Source: Candidatus Vogelbacteria bacterium
GTDB lineage: Bacteria > Patescibacteriota > Minisyncoccia > Phycocordibacterales > XYD1-FULL-46-19
Assembly (NCBI GenBank): GCA_903864935.1
Contig: CAIPHT010000017.1
Span: 16,096-80,095 of the forward strand
Direction of reading: 5' to 3'
Length of the DNA stretch: 64,000 bases
Positions 28,901 through 37,900 of the stretch are shown one piece after another (within the stretch, counting starts at the first letter, position 1; every line of letters begins with the position of its first letter). The position numbers and the translations under genes are program-made. A model generated the notes under the pieces. It saw only the letters and a program-made list of their open reading frames with translations. It searched no databases and was not told the origin of the DNA.

Positions 28901-31900
28901 TTCGACCGATTTGATTTATTCAGTCAATAGATATGGAGTCGCTGGCGGATTCCAAATGTTCGGTGATCACAGCATGCTTATCGGCAGTACCGGGAAAGAA
29001 TTTCAATATCAAGGTAGCACCGGCTATGTCGGTATCGGCACTACCTCACCATCACAGTTATTGACCGTTGGGAATAACAATCAATTTACCGTCACGTCTG
29101 GGGGAGCGGTTAGTGCCACGGGCGGATTCTCGACCAATGGCACTGTCAACGCTGGTTATTATCAACTTGGCGGTATCCAAGCCTTTGCTTACTCTGGGAC
29201 GCAGGTCCAAGTTTCGCCGGCCGCCTATTGGCAATCCCTCGGCTTATTTACCAATGGTTCAGAAAAAGTTTCTATTTTAAGTAATGGCAACGTCGGTATC
29301 GGTACCACTACCCCATGGGCCAAACTTTCTCTTCAGAATTCCTACGGCTCCACAGGGGCTTTGCTTGATATTGCCACTACCACCTCGTCGGCTTTTGCCA
29401 CTTCATCGGTCTTCTATGTGGGGTCCAATGGTTACGTCGCGGTGGGAACGAACAATCCAACCAATCTTTTTGAAGTTGATGTTGGTGGTGTTTATAAGGT
29501 AGCAGTAAATGCAGGAGGAACATTTGTTGCCAAGAATGACGTAATGACCAACCTGATTGGTGATCTTGGCTCAAAATATCAGAAGATAATGCTTGATCAA
29601 GCAAACGGTTTGAGATTCTTTGCTGGCTCTTCGGCTTCCAATGAGTATATGAGAATCAACCAATCTGGCCTCGTCGGCATCGGCACCACTTCACCAATGG
29701 CCACTCTGTCTGTCATGGGCACTTCAACCTTGCCGGGCGTTAATCCTTTTGTTGTCGCTTCTTCGTCTGGTGTTCAACTTTTAACCGTGTTGCCGAATGG
29801 TAATGTGGGGGTGGGGACAACAAATCCGAGTGCTAAATTAACAGCATTTTCCGATGCAACATCCGGCGCAATAGGAGACACTCTAAGAGTATTTTCTGGT
29901 CTAGGGTCTGTAGCATTAAAAATATATTCAACCACAAATGGTGACGGATTGATCATCAATCAGTATTATCAGGGTTCAGGGCAAAATTATATCAGAATGG
30001 CGGATATCGTGTCTAACTCAGGAGATACTTCAGAAGCACAAATTCGGTTTCTAACTAAGCCAAACTCAGCAAATCCTAGCGAAGCAATGCGAATTACTGG
30101 CAGTGGTTTTGTTGGTATCGGTACTACGAGCCCCGCTCTTAAATTGCATGTATTAGGCACTATTGGTCTGCCGGCTACTTCTGGTACGGCCCAGAATGGT
30201 GTCGCAAGATTCTCGGTTGACCCAGCCGGAACGGGTTATGTTTTGGATATGGGTGTTCTCTCCGGTGCCTCATGGTTGCAGACAACTATTGCCGGTGACC
30301 TAGGCACTTATGGTTCTTTGCTCTTGAACCCACGCGGGGGCAATATCGGTATTGGCACAGCTACTCCGGGTAAGACCTTAGATGTGAATGGTGATATCAG
30401 AATAGGGGTAAATAATAAACTTTATTTGGTCTCAACAAATGATAGTAATTATCTATCATATAATGAGTGGAACACTGCCTCCTCGATTGGTCTTAAGTTT
30501 TTAATTAGTGGCAACGAGAAGATGAGAATTGATGCTTCCGGCAACGTCGCCATTGGCACCTCAACCCCTTGGGCCAAGCTCGCCATTCAGAATTCCTACG
30601 GCTCCACTCAGGCCTTGTTTGATATAGCGACGACGACTTCATCAGCCTTCGCCACCTCGTCGGTCTTCTATGTTGGGGCGAATGGCAATGTGGGTATCGG
30701 CACGGCGAACCCTGCCAAGAGACTGTCAATAACGGATGCGAATACGGCCTTAAGCGCGTATGCTTTAAATATTAGTGCTTATAAGAGCTCTGGCAATTTC
30801 TCTGGACTCTCGTTTGGCGATGATAGTGGCGGAACTGTTTGGGGCGCAATTAAGTTCAAAGCCGATACCAATAACGACAGTTCTTTGAGATTCTTGACTT
30901 GGGACGGGACGACTGGCGGCACAGAGAGATTAACAATCAAGGGAGTTGGGGGCTCAGTTGGTATTGGTTCTACTTCTCCTATTTCTACCCTCTCTGTTAA
31001 AGGTGTTGCCGGCTATAATCCATTCACCATTTCTTCTTCCACGGATGCTTCGCTCCTCACTATCTTACAGAATGGCAACGTCGGTATTGGGACAAGTAGT
31101 CCGGCGACTTCTTTGGATGTTTATAGTAATACGACGGACAATATCTTCCGTTTGATGACGGGGCCCGCTATTGGGGTGATGCCCACCTTTACCATGTCAC
31201 AAGGGGGAACCAACAATTTTCAAATTGGCCGAGCGCTAACTCTTTTCAACCCTAACCTTGGGGGTATCGCCGCCGAGAATGATGTCGGTTTCTCTGCCCC
31301 GACCAACCGAAGCCTCTATTTTGGTACCGCCGCTAATCCTTACTTAGCAATAAGAAATGGTGGCAATGTGGGTATTGGCACGACGAGCCCCCCTGATTTA
31401 CTAACTGTTTACCATGATAGCTCCGCAGACACCGTCTTAAATATTTCTAATAATAGCCTCAGTGCAAGTTACGGGAGTTCGGTTTTGAAGTTCAGCCAAG
31501 GAAACGGTGAGGCAGCCTATATCTCTTGGAATCAGGCAAACCAGCTTTTTAAATTTGTAGCTGGACGAAATAATTTTAATAACTTCTCTTTCAATACTGT
31601 TACAGGAGGAGCTGAGGTCTCAAGATTATTTATACAAAATAATGGTAACGTTGGTATCGGCTCCACTTCACCAATGGCCACCTTGTCAGTAATGGGCACC
31701 TCGACCTTGCCGGGCGTTAATCCTTTTGTCGTCGCTTCTTCATCCGGTGCTCAACTTTTGACGGTGTTGCCAAATGGCAAAGTGGGCATAGGGACAACCG
31801 GACCTGTTACTAAGTTATCTTTATCGGATGCCACGTCCACTTTTCTAACTATTTCTAATACTAACAATGCTAGTGGTGTGGTCGGAGGAATGTTGTTCTC

Positions 31901-34900
31901 AAGTCAATACGAATCAACGTATAGAAAAGGGGCTATCTCTTTTGTGCGGACTGAGAGTAACGCAAACAGGGGTTATCTCTCTTTTGCCTTGGATGCCAGT
32001 AACACCGCTAGTAACGTTGACTCTGATATTATCGGTAATACAAAAATGGTCATTGACTATACTGGCTCTGTCGGGATTGGAACGACGGCCCCAGGGGCAA
32101 AGTTAGATATTGTTGGTGTAAATAATCAATTAAGAATTACTAATGCAGACGGAACTAATTATTATAGTATCGGTAGGAGTAATTCAAACGGGTATTTAGA
32201 GTTTAGTTTAACTGGTGCTAATTCTTATGGATATACATTCAATGGTGGCCTCGTCGGTATCGGTACCACTTCACCAATGGCCACCTTATCAGTAATGGGC
32301 ACTTCAACCTTGCCGGGCGTTAATCCTTTTGTCGTCGCTTCTTCATCCGGTGCTCAACTTTTGACTGTATTGCCGAGTGGTAACGTGGGAATTGGTATTT
32401 CTAATCCTGCTCAGTTACTGGATGTTGAGGGGAGAATAAGAGCTAATACCCTTGAGTTTGGCGCTAACAATAGTTATCTCGGTTATCTTGATCAGGGGGG
32501 TCTAGTCTTTAACTCTTCGGGTGTGGGGACTATCTATAATGCTTACTCTGGTTCCAACCTCTTCCTTTCTAGTAACGGAGGCAACGTGATATTGGGGATG
32601 AGAGATGACGGACTCGCTTCTTATAATGGCAAGGTGGGCATCGGCACTTCAACTCCTTTTGCCAAACTTGCCATTCAGAATTCCTTTGGTTCCACTCAGG
32701 CCTTGTTTGATATTGCGACGACCACTTCATCCGCCTTCGCCACCTCGTCGGTCTTCTATGTTGGGGCGAATGGTAATGTGGGTGTTGGTACTAACCTCCC
32801 GACAAATAAATTTACCGTCAGTGGGACAGTTGACCCTGTGCGCTTCCATAGCACCGGTCAAAATGTCTTAGAAATTTCTAGTACGGGGAATAGTGAGAAT
32901 GGTGTTAGATTCACTCGTAGCGGCGATGCCTCTTACTGGACCTTGGGGATGGATAATAATTCGACTAATGACTTTTATCTTGGCTCTAGCGGTTTTGGAA
33001 CAAAGTATCTAACTGTTTTGCAAACAAACGGCAACGTTGGTATTGGCACCACCACACCAATCTCCACTCTCTCTGTTTCCGGTACCGCGGGCATTAATCC
33101 GTTTACCATTGCTTCATCCACCGGCCAGACAATGCTAACAATGCTTCAGAATGGCAATGTGGGAATCGGTACAGCGAATCCAATTTCGCCTCTAACTATT
33201 TCTAAAAATTCTGCCACTACGGCAACTTGGTTAAATTTGGATAATACTGATGTTGGGGGCGCGGGGGTAATGTTGGATTTTACACAAGGCGGAGGGATGA
33301 TGGGACGAATAAATAGTTACTATGCTGGTAATGGGTTATGGAATCTTGGTTTGGGGACAAATGCTAACTCAGGATTGCCGGTGTTGTTTGTGACAAACGG
33401 CCGAGTGGGAGTAGCGAGCACTACGCCACAATCCACCTTCGCTGTCTCTGGTATCGCTGGCACAAATCCTTTCACTATTGCTTCTTCAACTGGCCAGACA
33501 ATGCTAACAATGCTTCAGAATGGCAACGTCGGTATTGGTACAGCGGCGCCAAGTTATCCATTGGATGTTGTCGCAAATTCAAGTGGATCAAATTTGAATC
33601 TTATAAACAACCCCAGTAATCTTTCGGGGATTAGATTTGGGGTAAATGGAACGCCTGCCTCTTCTTACACGACGATTTTCGCTGATGGCAGATCTACCGG
33701 TTATTTGTATATTAAAACTAATGATATTGAGCGATTCCGCATCGACTCAAATGGCAACGTCGGTATTGGCACGACAACCCCAAGTGATATCCTAAGTATC
33801 CAAGGTAATTCATCAATCCTTGGTAATACTCCTTCCGTTGGACTTAATAATACGGATTCTGGAGGTAGATTGTGGAGTATTTATTCTTCTGGTAACAGTA
33901 ATTCTATTGGCGGTGGTAAGTTTAGTATTTTTGATAAAACAGCCAGTTTAAATAGACTCGTTATTGATTCCTCTGGCAATGTGGGGATTGGTACTTCTAG
34001 CCCACAGTCAATTCTTCATCTCTATGGTGCGACAGTTAAGCCTCGACTCGAGCGTTCGGTTAGTTCGGGCGCGGCAGTTTTGGACTTCTGGCCATCGGGT
34101 ACTTTGAGTCAGGCTAATTCTGTTTGGAGTTTTGGTATGGTTGAGAATAATAGTAATTTCTCGGTCAATCAATGGACTGGCTCGCAAACTTTGCAGAGAC
34201 TTCTTGTTGATACGAATGGCAACGTTGGTATTGGTACGACGAGTCCTGCGGCGACTTTGGATATAGAGATAAATAATACATCAGGAGCTTCAACCATTCC
34301 TGTTTTTAGAGTAGGAAATTTGGCGGGTACTCCAGCCTACTTTGGTATTACATTGGGCGGTTCGGCGAGTGGTTGGGAAAATATCGCACAGCTCCAACTT
34401 AATGGGACTAAATACATATCTTTAGATGGTGGGCAATCCACAGTTGATTTACATAAAAATATGTTATTGGATAATAATGTATCTTTTCAGGCATCTTCCA
34501 ATGGATTTAACAACTTTGTTCCTTATAACACAGCTTTTTCAAATGGATTCTCTTTTGATACAGGCTCAATATTTAGCTTCCAGACAAATGGTAGTCCGGT
34601 TATGACAATATTAAATAATGGCAACGTCGGCATTGGCTCCACCACCCCGCTCTCCACCCTCTCAGTCTCCGGCACGGCTGGCACCAACCCATTCACAGTC
34701 GCTTCCTCCACTGGCAACGCGATGTTGACGATGCTTCAGAATGGCAATGTGGGAATCGGTACAGCGAATCCCGGGAACAAGCTTCATATTGTAGGTGGGG
34801 GTCTCTCTTTGGGTGATAGCGTTTCTGCCTTAACAACAAGGGGATTATTTAATATTCACGACTCAAGTAATGCTCGAATGAGCATTACTAAAGCAAGCGT

Positions 34901-37900
34901 TGGAGGGTTTAGATTTGATGTGACTGGGTCTGGAAGTAGCTACAGATTAAATATCGGAGATGATAATGTTGCTAATAGTGGCGATACTAATGCTTGGATG
35001 ACCTTTACTAATCTCGGCCTCGTCGGCCTCGGCACCACCACCCCTAACGCCAACCTTAATATCTTCGGTACCACCAACACCTTCATGCGGGTAGCCTCTT
35101 CAACCAATCAGAATATCTTCGTCATTGATAATAATGGCGACGTCTCCATGTCTGGTGGCTTGGCTCTCACTGGTCTCACTGGCAACATCATCACCTCAAC
35201 CAATGTTAAGCAAGCCATCCAAGACTTAGACACCAGCCTATATAATCAACAGAACAATACTAAGGAGATCACTGGTTTCCCTAACCGCACCGACACGAGC
35301 ATTGCCTTCACTAGCGGCACCCGCACCTTCACCATCACCGGCACCAACTTCAAGCTCTACTCAGTCGGCAAAGAATATACCAAGAATACCGAATCCATTG
35401 GTCTCCCTAACACTGTCGGCCTCTACTATATATACTACGACAAGACCAGCCACAACTTAGCCACCAGCACCACCGCTTGGGGTCTCACCGATGGCACCAT
35501 CCAAGTCGCCACGGTCTATTGGGATGGCACCACTGGCGTGTTGGGCGAAGAGCGTCACGGGGTCACCATGGATGGCGCCACTCATGAGTATCTCCACCAT
35601 ACTGTCGGTACCAGATACCAGTCTGGCTTAGCTGGTACCTTCAATTCCGACAGAACCTTCTCCATCACCGCTGGCGCGGTGGATGACGAAGATATCGAAG
35701 AGACAATCCCACTCACCACGACTGGTCGTATTCTCTACCACAATGGTCCAACCAACTTCACTTATACTTCGGCCACCTCCAGCTTCTTCGATGAGACTTG
35801 TACGGGCGGAGTTGTCTGTTACGACAATGCGGGCACCAAGGCGGCCGTCACAAACAACAACTATGTCGCCTATTGGATCTTCGCCACCAATGACCCGACC
35901 ACCCCAATCTACTCAATGATGGGTCAACGCCAAGACACCAGCCTCGCTAATGCTCAAGCTAATCAGACCTATGGCAGCCTCACACTTGGGACCCTCCCAT
36001 TTGCTGAGATGAAGTTACTCTATCGTGTCATTGTCAGGAACAACGCCGGCAGTACCTTGTCCGTCGATGACTATCGCTCCGTCTCTAACCTCCCATCGGG
36101 CACCTACCTCGCTACTTTGCACAGCAGTTTGACTGGTCTTACTAATGACGACCACACTCAATACGCTTTGCTCGCTGGTCGCGCTGGTGGTCAGAGTTTA
36201 ATTGGTGGCAATACCGCCGGAGACAATCTCACCTTGTTTGGCAACTCCATTGACTACGGCAATATCTTCACTCAACCTTATGGGGGGAGCTTAACGGTGG
36301 GCACCACTTCTACTATCACCCTCGCCAACACCTTATTCAATGTGGCTTCGTCTACTGGTGCCAATTACTTAACGGTGTTGAAGAATGGGAATGTTGGGAT
36401 TGGGACGAGTAGTCCAAGCACAAATTTTTACGTACAGGGCAATTCGGAGGTTACGGGGTATCTTATTGCTGGAGGGGCTTATTCCAACGCCGATACAGTT
36501 AGAATTTCTCTTGATGAATATACTGACCGAAGTAGAATTGCGACAGCTGGATATACCAACAAATATTATGCGGGAAGGGCGACCGGAGTAAATGGCGAAC
36601 ACCGTTTCTATGTTGGAGCCAATGGCTCATGGAATGAAGCACTAAGTATTCTATCTTCTGGTTCCATCGGTATTGGCACTACCACCCCTCTCGCCAAGCT
36701 TGATCTCACTGGGACCCTTGGGTCACTGGCCGATATCTTCAACGTCTCCACGAGCACGGGGGCCAACTTAGTCTCAAGTCTCTTCCGCATTACGGCCAAC
36801 GGCGATGTGTCTATTGGCGGAGCTAATCTTGGTAATTACAGCACCACCACCATCAATAATGACTTAGTGGTTGGTGGTGGCGCTCTCACTTACTCTTCAT
36901 CCACTGGCATTGTCTCAATTGATAATGTGGAGTTGGGAGCCACCTCCTTCCCAACTGATGCCGGGATGGTTAGCTGGATGGATATGCCTCTCACCTCAGG
37001 TACGGCTGCCGGTGTCGGTGTGGCTTATACTGCCAACCTCGCGGGCAACCCTATCCTTTCCATCGCTGGTATCTCTGATGGTAATGGCGACCTCTCGAGC
37101 TTTGGTGTTGGTATTGGTACCACCAGTGTGCCTGCCTTCCTTACAATCCAAAATGCTTCGACCACCAGCAATATGCCTCTGCTGCTTTTTGCTTCGTCTT
37201 CTGGATCTTCAATCCTCTCTATTTCTAATAATGGCAATATCGGGATTGGGACGAGTACCTCAGGTGGGACACTCCACGTAATTAATCCTACTGGTATAAC
37301 CTCAGCTAAGTTCCAGGCTGGCACTGGTAACACAATCACTAATTCTTTGTTAGAAATCTTACCTAATAGTGGGCTTAGTAAAATTTATTTCTCCTCTGAC
37401 AATAATGGGCAAAGAATGGTTTATCTTGATACGACGGGTTCACCAAGAATGAATATCGATAACTCGTCTATTGTCCAAGGTTCTAATCGTTTAATCAATT
37501 GGACATCTGGCGACATGAACGCCTCCGCTGATATTGGTCTTTCTCGCGGGGCCGCTGGTAAATTATATGTCGGCAATGGGGCAACCTATGACTATACCGG
37601 AGGATTAATCGCTGGGTCTGTGGGCATTGGCTCCAGCACTCCCGTGGCCAAGCTTTCCATCCATGATAATTCGGGACTCGCGGCATCTAATCCACTCTTC
37701 ACCATTGCTTCATCGAGCGCCGCGGGCACGGGCACTACCACTTTGTTGACGATACTCGGGAATGGCAACTTGGGCATTGGCACCGCTTCGCCGAATTCTC
37801 CACTTCAAATTTCTAACACTACCGCTACTACCAAATTTATTCGAGTGGGGACCAACTCCAATCCTTCCACCACAGCCAATGCTGGCGGTATAGTCGTGGA

